64,000 nucleotides of DNA from Gammaproteobacteria bacterium (GTDB taxonomy: Bacteria > Pseudomonadota > Gammaproteobacteria > UBA4575): positions 3,036 through 67,035 of the forward strand of contig JBGCDS010000027.1 in assembly GCA_045105615.1 (NCBI GenBank). The letters run 5' to 3'. The notes below the pieces were generated by a model. It did not search any database. It had not been told where the DNA came from and saw nothing but the letters and a program-made list of their open reading frames with translations. Position numbers and translations under genes: made by a program. Shown here piece after piece: positions 20,974-31,174 of the stretch (positions within the stretch are counted from its first letter, which is position 1; each line of letters starts with the position of its first letter).

Positions 20974-22083
20974 ATGCTCCCTAACGTCATCACCACCATT
21001 GCCGATTTAGAATCATTTGTAGAACAGATCTCCTCTGCTCCCTGGCTGGCAATGGACACAGAGTTCATGCGTGAATCTACTTATTACCCAATCCTGTGTT
21101 TAATCCAGATTGCAACCGATGATGTCAGCGCATGTATCGATGTACTTACCTTGGATCATATTGACCCATTACTGGAGCTATTGCGACAAAACTCTCAATT
21201 GAAAATTTTTCACTCCTGCCGTCAAGACATGGAAGTATTGTATGCCGAATATCAGCTAATCCCAAAACCGCTATTTGACACTCAAGTCGCAGCTAGCATT
21301 CTAGGCCTCAATGAACAGATCAGCTATGCTGAATTAGTCGCACAAAAATCATCTATTCATTTAGCCAAAACCGAAAGCCGTACTGATTGGAAAAAGCGGC
21401 CACTAAGCGCTGCCCAGATTGACTACGCTTTAGATGATGTAATTCATCTAGGCCCCCTGTGTAAGAAGTTGGAATCTGATTTAGAGACAGAAAATAGAAC
21501 GCCTTGGTTGGCAGAAGAGTGTGAAAAGTTATTACTCTCATCTAACTATTTTGTTTCTCCAGAAGATGCTTGGAAGCAAGTCAAAGGAATAGGCAAACTG
21601 AATGCAAAACAATTTTACTATGTGCGTAAAATTGCTCACTGGCGTGAGCAGTCTGCCCAAACCAAAAACTTACCTAGACGATGGATATTACCTGACCCTG
21701 CCATTCTAGAAACCTGCCAATTAAAAGATTTTAGCGGTGAATCTATCTCGCAATGCCTTAAACAGCATGCACCTAAATCGATGCGCCACTCAAACAATAT
21801 TATTCAAATTTTACAGCAAACCATTCCTGCTGAAATCGTCAATGATCTTCAAGAACCGGCTGACAATAGACTTAGCAAAGAACAGAAAACACTAATTAAA
21901 AAACTTATGGAATTTTCTCGCAACCGCGCTGAACAAATCAATACATCTGCTTCTTTGCTAGCAAATAGAAAGTCATTGGTAGATTTAGTGCTAGGGAAAC
22001 AAAGCAGAGTTGGGTCCGGCTGGAGAAAATCTCAAATTGGCGATGAGCTGGCAACCATTGTTGAATCAGAACCCCAAGAATAA
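20974..22083 (+). CDS. rnd: ribonuclease D
   Basis: 369 aa; 3'-5' exonuclease domain (WLAMDTEF) plus HRDC-like C-terminus. Confidence 0.85.
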   Translation: MLPNVITTIADLESFVEQISSAPWLAMDTEFMRESTYYPILCLIQIATDDVSACIDVLTLDHIDPLLELLRQNSQLKIFHSCRQDMEVLYAEYQLIPKPLFDTQVAASILGLNEQISYAELVAQKSSIHLAKTESRTDWKKRPLSAAQIDYALDDVIHLGPLCKKLESDLETENRTPWLAEECEKLLLSSNYFVSPEDAWKQVKGIGKLNAKQFYYVRKIAHWREQSAQTKNLPRRWILPDPAILETCQLKDFSGESISQCLKQHAPKSMRHSNNIIQILQQTIPAEIVNDLQEPADNRLSKEQKTLIKKLMEFSRNRAEQINTSASLLANRKSLVDLVLGKQSRVGSGWRKSQIGDELATIVESEPQE

Positions 22084-22180
22084 AGTTTTACTCCCTGTCG
22101 GAGATAGCAAATAAACTTTACTAGTAGGTTACACTTGCTCTAATTATTAACAAAAAAACAACCACTAATTATTAATAGCC

Positions 22181-22423
22181 ATGGAAACATCAGAAATAAA
22201 AAAGTTGATTGAAGAGGGCATTACCAACGCAGAAGCTATTGTGACAGGTGATGGTGGCAAATATGAAGCAACAGTTATCAGCCCTGTATTCGAAGGCTTA
22301 AGCATGCTCAAAGAACATCAATTGGTCTACAAGACAGTTAATGCTCAGATTGCTAGCGGTGAGCTACATGCATTAACAATTAAAGCGTATACCCCAGAAG
22401 AATGGGAACAGAATAAATCTTAA
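22181..22423 (+). CDS. ibaG: BolA/IbaG-family protein
   Basis: 80 aa; BolA-like fold motifs (..ATVISPVFEGLSMLKEHQLVYK..). Confidence 0.75.
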   Translation: METSEIKKLIEEGITNAEAIVTGDGGKYEATVISPVFEGLSMLKEHQLVYKTVNAQIASGELHALTIKAYTPEEWEQNKS

Positions 22424-22428
22424 AAAAT

Positions 22429-22462
22429 AAACGCACTTAGCAGAATACTGCTAAGTGCGTTT
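22429..22462. terminator. bidirectional rho-independent terminator (15-bp perfect stem, 4-nt loop) between convergent ibaG and cytochrome c genes
   Basis: aaacgcacttagcag-aata-ctgctaagtgcgttt flanked by A and T runs. Confidence 0.75.
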
Positions 22463-22466
22463 AGCT

Positions 22467-22799
22467 TTACTTACTAGGAAGTTCTAGGGTTTCTAGACCA
22501 TCTAAGCTAGCATAATATGCGGCTAAATCTTTCATATCCTGCTCATTAAGTGCAGCAACAATACCGCTCATAATCGGATTATTTCGCGATCCAGACTTAT
22601 AGCTTTCTAATGCGACGTATAGGTAATCTTCGTATTGACCAGCAATATTCGGGAATGTTGCCACTGCACTCATTCCAGATTCTCCATGACAAGCTACGCA
22701 TGTCTGTGACTTCTCTTTTCCTGCCGCAACGTTACCACCGGCAATGGCACTGGCTGCAAAGACAACTTGTACCAGTAAAATAAGCATCAAGCGTTTCAT
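22467..22799 (-). CDS. monohaem class I cytochrome c (c5/c553-like), exported
   Basis: signal peptide; CVACHG haem-binding motif. Confidence 0.8.
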   Translation of the reverse strand: MKRLMLILLVQVVFAASAIAGGNVAAGKEKSQTCVACHGESGMSAVATFPNIAGQYEDYLYVALESYKSGSRNNPIMSGIVAALNEQDMKDLAAYYASLDGLETLELPSK

Positions 22800-22839
22800 C
22801 TAATTTCCTTTTAATTCTATATATAACTATTAGTGGTTA

Positions 22840-23157
22840 TTATTTGAGCGACGCTAAATAAGCCGCGATATCTTCGATATCTTGGTCACTTAAGTTAGCT
22901 GCTTGAGCTCGCATAGTAAGATGTGAGCGCTCCCCTGAACGGTAACCTTTAAGTGCTGCTGCTAAATAATCAGCATGCTGACCACCTAACTTTGGCACCT
23001 TATAACTAGGGTAAACGTTGTCATAACTAGCTACACCATGGCAACCAAGGCAAGTTTCGCCTCGAATTTCTCCACGTGCTGCATCGCCTGCAGCAAATGT
23101 GTGAGAACTGATTACCAATAAGCTGAATAAAGTAATTCGTCGTACATGTGAAATCAT
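22840..23157 (-). CDS. monohaem class I cytochrome c, exported
   Basis: signal peptide; CLGCHG motif. Confidence 0.8.
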   Translation of the reverse strand: MISHVRRITLFSLLVISSHTFAAGDAARGEIRGETCLGCHGVASYDNVYPSYKVPKLGGQHADYLAAALKGYRSGERSHLTMRAQAANLSDQDIEDIAAYLASLK

Positions 23158-23320
23158 TAGTGATCTTTCCTATTTGAATATCCATACAATGGTGCCCACC
23201 GGGCGGGCGCTAGTATACATTAAATGAGCAAAATCGTATGCCACTTCAATACTTTTCGCTACACTATTTGATATCGGTCAAGTTGACGATTACTAACTAT
23301 ATGACCGACCAAGCGTAGAA

Positions 23321-23800
23321 ATGCATAGTTTAAAAAACATCCAAACAACCGCTTTACGTCCACTTTTTGACCGTTACCAGTTAAACCTGGAAGAAGTGGG
23401 TATAAGTGATGATATTCCCTATAGCTTTTGGGGTGCGCCTGAGGCTGGGCGATCCAAATCCACACTCTATGCGAGAGAAGATACTCCCATCCATTCACTA
23501 CTCCATGAAGCCTGCCATTTTATCTGTATGCCGGCCAAGCAACGTATTAACGATTCACATGATGCCGGTGGATCAGCGTTGATCGAAAATGCCTGTTGTT
23601 TTCTGCAACTCGTATTATCGGACCATATCCCCAATTTCAACCAAGCCATCCACATGCATGATATGAATACCTGGGGCTACAACTTTCGTCTCGGATCCGT
23701 GGCACGCTGGTTCTACGCGGACAGTGATGATGCCAGCCAATGGCTAATCTCCCATAAAATCATTAATAATCAATTCCAACCTACCTGGCAACTGCGCTAA
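23321..23800 (+). CDS. hypothetical protein with HExxH (HEACH) putative zinc-peptidase motif
   Basis: 159 aa; LLHEACHFICMP; no other recognised domain. Confidence 0.4.
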   Translation: MHSLKNIQTTALRPLFDRYQLNLEEVGISDDIPYSFWGAPEAGRSKSTLYAREDTPIHSLLHEACHFICMPAKQRINDSHDAGGSALIENACCFLQLVLSDHIPNFNQAIHMHDMNTWGYNFRLGSVARWFYADSDDASQWLISHKIINNQFQPTWQLR

Positions 23801-23900
23801 TAAGCGTGAATTGCTCACCCGACAACAACAAAGGCTGCTAAAATTTAGCGAGTTACAGAGCAAGATACTTAATACTTATTTTTACATCACCAATATACTT

Positions 23901-25175
23901 ATGAAAATTGAAACAATTGCTATTCATGGCGGCTACTCACCGGAACCTACGACTAAAGCAGTCGCAGTACCAATATATCAAACCACCTCATATTCGTTTG
24001 ATGACACTCAACACGGCGCCGATCTCTTTGACCTAAAAGTCGAAGGTAATATATACACACGCATTATGAATCCAACCTCTTCAGTATTGGAGAAACGCGT
24101 GACAGAAATGGAAGGTGGCGTTGGCGCATTAGCCTTAGCCTCTGGCATGTCTGCGATCACCTATGCCATTTTTGCCATTGCTCAACAGGGCGACAACATT
24201 GTCTCGGCCTCATCACTTTACGGTGGCACTTATAATTTATTCGCACATACACTGCCGCGCTTAGGTATAGAAGTACGCTTTGCCGATCAACATGATGTTG
24301 CAGGCATGGAAGCACTTATCGATGACAATACCAAAGCCGTGTTTGCCGAAACAATTGGAAATCCTGCAGGAAATGTTTTAGATATTAATGCAGTTGCAAA
24401 AATGGCACATAGCAATGGCGTCCCATTGATTGTAGACAACACCGTACCTTCGCCATATTTATGCCGTCCATTTGAACATGGTGCAGACATTGTTGTGCAC
24501 GCATTAACAAAATACATGGGTGGACATGGCACCACTATTGGCGGTGTGGTTGTTGATTCAGGAAAATTCCCCTGGGCAAAACACGCGAAACGTTTCCCCA
24601 TGCTGAATGAACCCGATCCTTCTTATCATGGTGTGGTGTATACCGAAGCGATGGGTGACGCTGCGTATATTGGGCGCGTTCGCGTTGTTCCACTACGCAA
24701 CATGGGAGCCGCGATCTCCCCATTTAATAGTTTTCAAATCCTACAAGGCATCGAAACGCTTGCTGTTCGTATGGATAGACACTGCGAAAACGCCATCACG
24801 GTCGCCAAATATTTACAAGATCACGAACAAGTAAGTTGGGTACGCTACGCCGGCCTAGAAAATCATTTAGACAAGCCATTAGCTGACAAATATATGGGTG
24901 GACGCGCTTCGGCAATATTAAGCTTTGGTATTAAAGGTGGCGCAGAAGCTGGGGCAAAATTCATCGATGCACTCAATTTGATTGTACGACTGGTTAATAT
25001 CGGCGATGCAAAATCATTAGCCTGCCACCCCGCGAGCACAACGCACAGACAGCTGTCTCCAGAAGAAATGAAAGCTGCCGGGGTTAGTGAAGACTTAATT
25101 CGTTTGTCCATTGGCATAGAACATATCGACGACATCATGGCTGATTTAACGCAAGCACTAGAAAAAGCTAAGTAG
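23901..25175 (+). CDS. metY: O-acetylhomoserine aminocarboxypropyltransferase/sulfhydrylase (PLP-dependent)
   Basis: MKIETIAIHGGY start; Cys/Met-metabolism PLP-enzyme family; ORF-track start 23811 judged an upstream extension. Confidence 0.85.
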   Translation: MKIETIAIHGGYSPEPTTKAVAVPIYQTTSYSFDDTQHGADLFDLKVEGNIYTRIMNPTSSVLEKRVTEMEGGVGALALASGMSAITYAIFAIAQQGDNIVSASSLYGGTYNLFAHTLPRLGIEVRFADQHDVAGMEALIDDNTKAVFAETIGNPAGNVLDINAVAKMAHSNGVPLIVDNTVPSPYLCRPFEHGADIVVHALTKYMGGHGTTIGGVVVDSGKFPWAKHAKRFPMLNEPDPSYHGVVYTEAMGDAAYIGRVRVVPLRNMGAAISPFNSFQILQGIETLAVRMDRHCENAITVAKYLQDHEQVSWVRYAGLENHLDKPLADKYMGGRASAILSFGIKGGAEAGAKFIDALNLIVRLVNIGDAKSLACHPASTTHRQLSPEEMKAAGVSEDLIRLSIGIEHIDDIMADLTQALEKAK

Positions 25176-25203
25176 CCTGACACATTGCCAGTGAAGAAAA
25201 ATA

Positions 25204-26169
25204 ATGCAGCCCTATATTGGAAAAGGAATATTCCGTAATGGTCATACGAATAGCATCTTAGCGGGCTCACCTGCTCGCAAGCTGATAGCGATGCGCAAAA
25301 GCAAAGATTTTCGTAATCATGCTACGCAACAAATCATTCCCTCGGGGCATGGTATTCGTTTATCAGCCCAGTACAATCAACAGAATCAAACTGATGCACC
25401 GGTTGTCGTTCTATTACATGGATGGCTAGGCTGCTCAGATTCTCTTTATCTTATCACCCTAGGCGATTTTTTATTCAAACAGGGCTTTACCGTGGTGCGT
25501 TTGAATTTGCGTGACCACGGTAATTCACAGCATCTTAATGAAGAAATATTTCACTCCTGCCGCATACAGGAAGTAATTAATGCATGCATTCATATACAAC
25601 ATAAATTCAAACAAGATATTTCATTAATAGGCTTTTCACTCGGCGCTAATTTTGCGTTGCGTGTTAATGCTTTCACTACCAAACAACAACTGAGCTTAAA
25701 TAGCACGATTGCATTTTGCCCTGTGATTGATCCAAGTCATACCTTACATGCGTTAGAAAAGTCTTTGATGGTATATAGAAATTATTTCATGCGGCGCTGG
25801 AAAAGTTCTTTCTATCAAAAAGCCGACGCTTTTCCACAGCTATTTTCAAAACAAACATTTGATAAATGCAAAAACTTAACTCAGGCGACCGAAAACCTTG
25901 CTACTCAATACGCCGGGTTTAAAGATTTAGACTCATATTTAAATGGCTACTCAATCGCAGGTGATAGACTAAGCACATTACAATCAGCAGCACAGATTGT
26001 TCTCGCTAAAGATGACCCCATCATCCCCTGGAAAGATCAATCCAAGCTAGGAAAAAACAAATTTACAAATATTCTTACCACAGAACATGGTGGACACTGC
26101 GGTTTCTTGGAACCTGACCTCTCCTGCCCATGGATAGACCAATTCTCACTAGCACAATTAAGTTCATAG
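25204..26169 (+). CDS. alpha/beta-fold hydrolase, YheT-like
   Basis: VVLLHGWLG, GFSLGAN nucleophile elbow; 321 aa. Confidence 0.6.
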   Translation: MQPYIGKGIFRNGHTNSILAGSPARKLIAMRKSKDFRNHATQQIIPSGHGIRLSAQYNQQNQTDAPVVVLLHGWLGCSDSLYLITLGDFLFKQGFTVVRLNLRDHGNSQHLNEEIFHSCRIQEVINACIHIQHKFKQDISLIGFSLGANFALRVNAFTTKQQLSLNSTIAFCPVIDPSHTLHALEKSLMVYRNYFMRRWKSSFYQKADAFPQLFSKQTFDKCKNLTQATENLATQYAGFKDLDSYLNGYSIAGDRLSTLQSAAQIVLAKDDPIIPWKDQSKLGKNKFTNILTTEHGGHCGFLEPDLSCPWIDQFSLAQLSS

Positions 26170-26262
26170 CACGATTGAGTACATCTGGTGAACTTGATCG
26201 GATGGTTGGCACAATCCAAATACGACTTAAGATACAAAGTCACTCTAGCAAAACCAACGTCT

Positions 26263-26868
26263 TCATAAAAATCGATACTTCCCAGTACTAAGAAATGCTA
26301 TTTCTGCATCTGTGTTTTTACGGCCCAGTATTTGATTTAATTCTGGAAAGCGACCAAACAGTGAAATCACATAGTGATGACTCTGAGCAAAACTAAGTGA
26401 TTTTGAGAATACCTGTTTCAACTCAGCAGGAACATCATCACGAAGTTCAGCAAACATTGACACTGCAAATTCCTGGGTAGCAATATCTTCAGCATGCATT
26501 AACGGCATATAAAAGAATTTTCGCTGGATGAAATATAACGATTTATCGAGTTGATCATCTATTCCCTGCTTAACAAGCTCTACAGTTTTCTTGTCTTGGG
26601 CATATGCTTGCGCACTATTTCTATGAATATGACGAGAAAATTGATCTAGCAATATAATTAGCGCTAATAATGTTCTAGGCGACTGACGCCAGGCATCTAA
26701 TTGACCATCACAGGCTTGATTATAAATAGGCAGGAAATTTTCACGAATCTCATCATCATAATCAGCACCATTAACAAACCACATTGCTGATTTATCCTGC
26801 GCTAGATCTGTTGTGCTGTTTAATGCACCAAACCAAAAATCTAATATTTTTTCAGCGTCTAGAGACAA
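26263..26868 (-). CDS. DUF924-family protein
   Basis: ILDFWFG...WFVNGADYDDEIRENF pattern. Confidence 0.6.
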   Translation of the reverse strand: MSLDAEKILDFWFGALNSTTDLAQDKSAMWFVNGADYDDEIRENFLPIYNQACDGQLDAWRQSPRTLLALIILLDQFSRHIHRNSAQAYAQDKKTVELVKQGIDDQLDKSLYFIQRKFFYMPLMHAEDIATQEFAVSMFAELRDDVPAELKQVFSKSLSFAQSHHYVISLFGRFPELNQILGRKNTDAEIAFLSTGKYRFL

Positions 26869-26872
26869 GTGT

Positions 26873-28822
26873 TTATTTTGCAGGAACAGGGGGCATTCGT
26901 GATTGCAAACGCGTCGTTTTGTGTGCCATCTTCCATTCGTAGACCGTCGAATAAGCCATCACACGGCGTACATACTTACGTGTTTCATCATAAGGGATAG
27001 TATCCACCCAAACATCAGCAGACATTTTCTCGTTTGGCGGTAGCCAGCGTTTCACTCGGTGAGGGCCAGCATTATATGAAGCTGTTGCTAACACCTGTTG
27101 ATTGTCATACCTATCTAACATTGAGCGAAGATACTTACTACCTAACTGCACATTAACTTTAGGCTGAAGTAAAGCCGTACGATTTGGAGATTTAATCTTC
27201 AATGATTTAGCAACATCTTTAGCCGTTGCTGGCATTAGTTGCATCAATCCTCTCGCACCAGCATGGGATTTAGCAATACTATTCATAGCACTTTCTTGAC
27301 GCATCACACCGTAAACATATTCAGGCGTCAACGAGAATCTTCTAGCATTTTTACTCACAATATCATCATAGGGTTGAGGAAAACGCAGTTGCAAATCATC
27401 ATAGTGCTTCCCCCTCGCAACAGTAAAGATAGCGGTATGATACCAATCCCATTGATGCGCAATATATGCAGCTATCTGTAACTTCTTAGCATCAAAGCCA
27501 GCGGTGAGATATTTCCATTCATTGTAAGCATGCGATGTTTGCCCAGCCTCTAATAATTCACGCGCACGAATAAGCGGTGGATATTCCAATACTCTACCAA
27601 TTTCAAAATCAGTAAACTGTAAAGGCTGATCATTCATTTCGTAAGGTTGTTGAACACGATCTGCAGCTAAGAAACCATAGTAGTCTCGTTCCCGTGCAAT
27701 TTTCTGATAAATGTATTTTGCATCTGTATGCACACCCATTTCTTCAAGAGCACGTGCGCGCCAATATTTCCATTCCAGCTCTTCTTTGGTTTCCACATCC
27801 ATCAATACAATACTTCTTAACACAGCTGGCCAATCATTAGCACGCATCGCGGCACGAGCTCGCCACTGTTGTACGTCCGCATCTTCAATATCAGCCGGCA
27901 GTTGACTCATCAGGTCCGCCGCCAGCGAGTGATGCCTAAGCGAAGCTGTTAAGGCAATATCTGCTTGAGTTTGGACAAGCTGCTGTTCGCTGAACTGGTA
28001 TTTACTGCTGAGTTGCTGCCATGCTTTAGCGGCCGCAGTAACATCTTTACGCGCCCAACGCCGTGCACCATAAGCAATTACTTTTCTCGCTAACGGATGA
28101 TCTTGTTTTAGATCTGGGTCAGTTAATATTTTTTTAGGATCTCTATGTACGCTGTTTAATAATGCAAACCAATGAACTTGCTTGGTAGATAACTTACCAG
28201 CCAGGTATTTTGCTAACTTAATGTCACGCTTCGCCATTGCCAGATCAATACGTTGCCAAATAAGCTCATCATCCATATAGCCTTGCTTTTCTAGCCAAGC
28301 AAATAGAGGATCACATTGATTAGGTTGAGAACTACCCACCAACCAAAATGCTTTAATTTCTTTAATCGCTTCCGGCGTGTTCCCAGCTTTCATTCGCGCC
28401 TGCAAGTCAAAACAATTATGCGCAACTTTATTACCCACCTCATAATATTGCTGGAACTTGCTATGTTGCCCACGCTTCATTAACTCATTTAACCAGGCCT
28501 GCCTAATTCTGCGCGCAGCAGGAATATAGGAATAATTGTCTAGGAAAGCACGTATATCTTTTTCTGGCGCACTAGACATTCTACGGCGCAACTCTTCATA
28601 CCTTAGATAAGGGTATAGGGGGTAATCTTTTAACTGTGATGCTAGATATTCAAAATCTTTCAAGTCACCCACCGCTAATTCATGACGCGCCTGGGTATAT
28701 AGCTCACGCTGTTTAGACAACCCCGCCGCATCGGCGTTATTCGCGATAAGCGCTAATGCTGTGAAGGTAAGTATGACGCTAGCAACGCTGAACGCTGACC
28801 AATTCATGAATGATGATTTCAT
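26873..28822 (-). CDS. slt: soluble lytic murein transglycosylase (Slt70-like)
   Basis: 649 aa; signal peptide; superhelical repeats; SLT catalytic ESAMNSIAKSHAGARGLMQLMPATA. Confidence 0.85.
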   Translation of the reverse strand: MKSSFMNWSAFSVASVILTFTALALIANNADAAGLSKQRELYTQARHELAVGDLKDFEYLASQLKDYPLYPYLRYEELRRRMSSAPEKDIRAFLDNYSYIPAARRIRQAWLNELMKRGQHSKFQQYYEVGNKVAHNCFDLQARMKAGNTPEAIKEIKAFWLVGSSQPNQCDPLFAWLEKQGYMDDELIWQRIDLAMAKRDIKLAKYLAGKLSTKQVHWFALLNSVHRDPKKILTDPDLKQDHPLARKVIAYGARRWARKDVTAAAKAWQQLSSKYQFSEQQLVQTQADIALTASLRHHSLAADLMSQLPADIEDADVQQWRARAAMRANDWPAVLRSIVLMDVETKEELEWKYWRARALEEMGVHTDAKYIYQKIARERDYYGFLAADRVQQPYEMNDQPLQFTDFEIGRVLEYPPLIRARELLEAGQTSHAYNEWKYLTAGFDAKKLQIAAYIAHQWDWYHTAIFTVARGKHYDDLQLRFPQPYDDIVSKNARRFSLTPEYVYGVMRQESAMNSIAKSHAGARGLMQLMPATAKDVAKSLKIKSPNRTALLQPKVNVQLGSKYLRSMLDRYDNQQVLATASYNAGPHRVKRWLPPNEKMSADVWVDTIPYDETRKYVRRVMAYSTVYEWKMAHKTTRLQSRMPPVPAK

Positions 28823-28981
28823 CTAGTTATTACAGTTAAGCTACGTTATACGCCCTTGTTTAGTTAAAAATTGCGCAGTCCTTCAAACAATTGCCGGAAG
28901 CTGCCCCTTACACTATGAACCAGATAAATGAATTAGTGAATCACTCCACAAATATAATTAAGCTTAAAGAGAACATTTTAA

Positions 28982-29281
28982 ATGGATACAGAGATGCTAA
29001 CAATAAATACTGACATCATTAGGATGGATACTGGCATGCAATTAATAGATAATGAACCGATTGATCAGATTGAAAATGATAGCAAAACAGCAGGAAGAGG
29101 AATCAGCGAAATGAATAACCCTTATATAGGTAAAGAACGACGCCTAGCTGAACGACGCATTGAAGCCAGTGAACGCCGCGAATTAGTTCGTTATGAAATA
29201 AATAAAGCACCGCGAAGAACTGGACAGGACCGTCGCAAGATTAACGGTTGGGCAGAATTCTCAGAATACAAGCTTATGTAA
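28982..29281 (+). CDS. hypothetical Arg-rich small protein
   Basis: 99 aa; ERRLAERRIEASERRELVRYE..RRTGQDRRK; no recognised family. Confidence 0.35.
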   Translation: MDTEMLTINTDIIRMDTGMQLIDNEPIDQIENDSKTAGRGISEMNNPYIGKERRLAERRIEASERRELVRYEINKAPRRTGQDRRKINGWAEFSEYKLM

Positions 29282-29305
29282 TAGCACAGAGTCCAGCCTA
29301 TCCAG

Positions 29306-30514
29306 CTATATCTTATGTACGACTCTATAAACATTCTTTTTAGAGTGTTTTTCCTGACGTAAATTTTCTTCTACAGCCAACGAATATTGGCTGATCTCTA
29401 CCGCCGATTCAATACTTCGCGCGGCGATAGCAGAGTGATAAAACACTTCTCCAATGTCAGCTACCATGGCATCTAAGTCAGCTATATCTGCATGATTTTC
29501 TGTCATATCCTCATGCACAATTAATACACTCCTATCATCAAGATGAGACCAGGCATTCTGCAGTAACTGCTTGTATTGCTCAGCACTTATTTTTGAGTAC
29601 AGACCACTCACTACCACCACATTATGAGCCCCTTCAAAGGCAACTTCACTAATATTGGCATAGCTCATTTGATGCAGATCTTGAGTATGTGCAGAAAAAT
29701 AACGAGAAATACTATTGGCTAAATCATTATCAACTTCACCAATATGCCAACTATGTGCATTCTGCACATTAACCAGGGAAGACAAAATCACATCGTTAGA
29801 TAGCATTCCATAATCAGCACCCACATGTAGCATAGAGCATGACTGTTTCTTACCTAGGTATTGGCTAATAATTCTTTCCGTGACCGCACTGGCTGCATAT
29901 TCATTCCAAATTGTTTTACATAGAGGAATAAAAGCTTGCTTGATATGCGTATTAATATCGCCACCAAACTTACCTGATTGCAGACTTGCTAACAAAAGAT
30001 TGCTGCGCTCTTTAAAGAACCATTCAATACTACTTGGCATAGGTGTAGGCCATTTTCTGCCTACTCGAATAGACATGACACCATCATTTTCAGCGGTGAT
30101 ATTACTAAATCCAGTCCACCGTTCACGACTCAAGAATATATTCTCAAGAAAACTACGTGACCAGAAATCTTTCTCAGCTGCCTGCCCCTCAGGATAAACC
30201 GGCACAATAATTGAGCCACCTGGTTTCAAGTGTTTCAACAGCTCTAAAATAAAAGAAGTACCCCAATGATTGGCAAACAAAGACACACTGATACCAATAT
30301 AAATTCTGTCTAATGCATCTGGTAGTAGAGGATAGAAAAAATTACCCACCCTGCTATCTGAAAAATCCATCTCAATATGCTCGCTAAATGGAGTCATACT
30401 GTAGATCGACTGATCGGGGCGTACTTGATTATTTTTATCGCGCTCACCTGAAAAATAATATTCGAGATCTTCTTCTATATATTCTTCACCGAGATGTAAA
30501 ACCACCTGACTCAT
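29306..30514 (-). CDS. hypothetical protein with two tandem methyltransferase-like halves
   Basis: 402 aa; second half has LHVGADYG / VVVVSGLY / LIVHED motifs; first half degenerate (LKPGGSIIVPV). Confidence 0.45.
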   Translation of the reverse strand: MSQVVLHLGEEYIEEDLEYYFSGERDKNNQVRPDQSIYSMTPFSEHIEMDFSDSRVGNFFYPLLPDALDRIYIGISVSLFANHWGTSFILELLKHLKPGGSIIVPVYPEGQAAEKDFWSRSFLENIFLSRERWTGFSNITAENDGVMSIRVGRKWPTPMPSSIEWFFKERSNLLLASLQSGKFGGDINTHIKQAFIPLCKTIWNEYAASAVTERIISQYLGKKQSCSMLHVGADYGMLSNDVILSSLVNVQNAHSWHIGEVDNDLANSISRYFSAHTQDLHQMSYANISEVAFEGAHNVVVVSGLYSKISAEQYKQLLQNAWSHLDDRSVLIVHEDMTENHADIADLDAMVADIGEVFYHSAIAARSIESAVEISQYSLAVEENLRQEKHSKKNVYRVVHKI

Positions 30515-30628
30515 GCAGCGTATCCTGAATTATTTAATTGTATATATGCAAGGCGATGTACATTAGCAAAAACGCTGGGCGAACTAAACCCGCTAGCAGA
30601 AGATGTTTGACAATATTACTAGCTAATC

Positions 30629-31174
30629 TTAGCGTGATGCTGAAAAAGCGGCACTAGAGCGATTCACTTTAGCTTTTTGAGAAATCCCAGAACGAGGCTT
30701 TTCTAAATGCGTCTTTTGATGAGTTTGCTTTGGATAATTGCGCTTATATTTATTATTGTAATGGTGCGATTTATAACGCGGATAATATGCAGGCACATAG
30801 TAACGTCGCTCCGGCTCATTAGCCTGCAGATAAACAGTTTCAGGGGCCTGCCTGCTCGCTGATCTTGCTGCAGCAGCTTGTTGTTTTTCAGCCTGCTGTT
30901 GAGTCCGGCGTTCTTGTAATCGCTTTAATTGGTTTTGAATTGAATAGTAATCATCTTGCGTATTAGGCACTTGATAATCATCCGTAAATTCAAATGCAAC
31001 ATGATCAATATCCTGGCTAGGCAGCGCTCCCCCATAGTGCGTCACACCATGAGCGTCAACCCACTTGTAAAGCTGCTGCGCCTGCGCCTCAAATGTATAT
31101 ACACTCATCACTAATGACAGAACAACTATAATATTTAGTCTCATAATCAACACTCTCTGCAAGGCTTTATGCAT
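30629..31174 (-). CDS. DUF4124-domain exported protein
   Basis: LYKWVDAHGVTHYG signature after signal peptide; Q/A-rich linker; basic tail. Confidence 0.6.
   Translation of the reverse strand: MHKALQRVLIMRLNIIVVLSLVMSVYTFEAQAQQLYKWVDAHGVTHYGGALPSQDIDHVAFEFTDDYQVPNTQDDYYSIQNQLKRLQERRTQQQAEKQQAAAARSASRQAPETVYLQANEPERRYYVPAYYPRYKSHHYNNKYKRNYPKQTHQKTHLEKPRSGISQKAKVNRSSAAFSASR

Noticed and set aside
22467-23157. Single dihaem cytochrome c4 pseudogene split by a frameshift
   Set aside because: Each half has its own start codon, signal peptide and stop, and the two are separated by a 40-bp spacer. This is more consistent with two intact monohaem genes.
23185-23215. GC-rich block gcccaccgggcgggcgc upstream of the cytochrome c genes, considered as a terminator or REP element
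   Set aside because: It does not form a clean stem-loop, occurs as a single copy in the window, and sits upstream of both flanking genes, not downstream.
23811-23900. Upstream extension of metY (ORF-track start 23811) and possible riboswitch in the leader
   Set aside because: The conserved PLP-enzyme N-terminus begins at MKIETIAIHGG (23901), and the extension has odd composition. I could not recognise SAM-riboswitch conserved helices by eye. A covariance-model scan would be needed.
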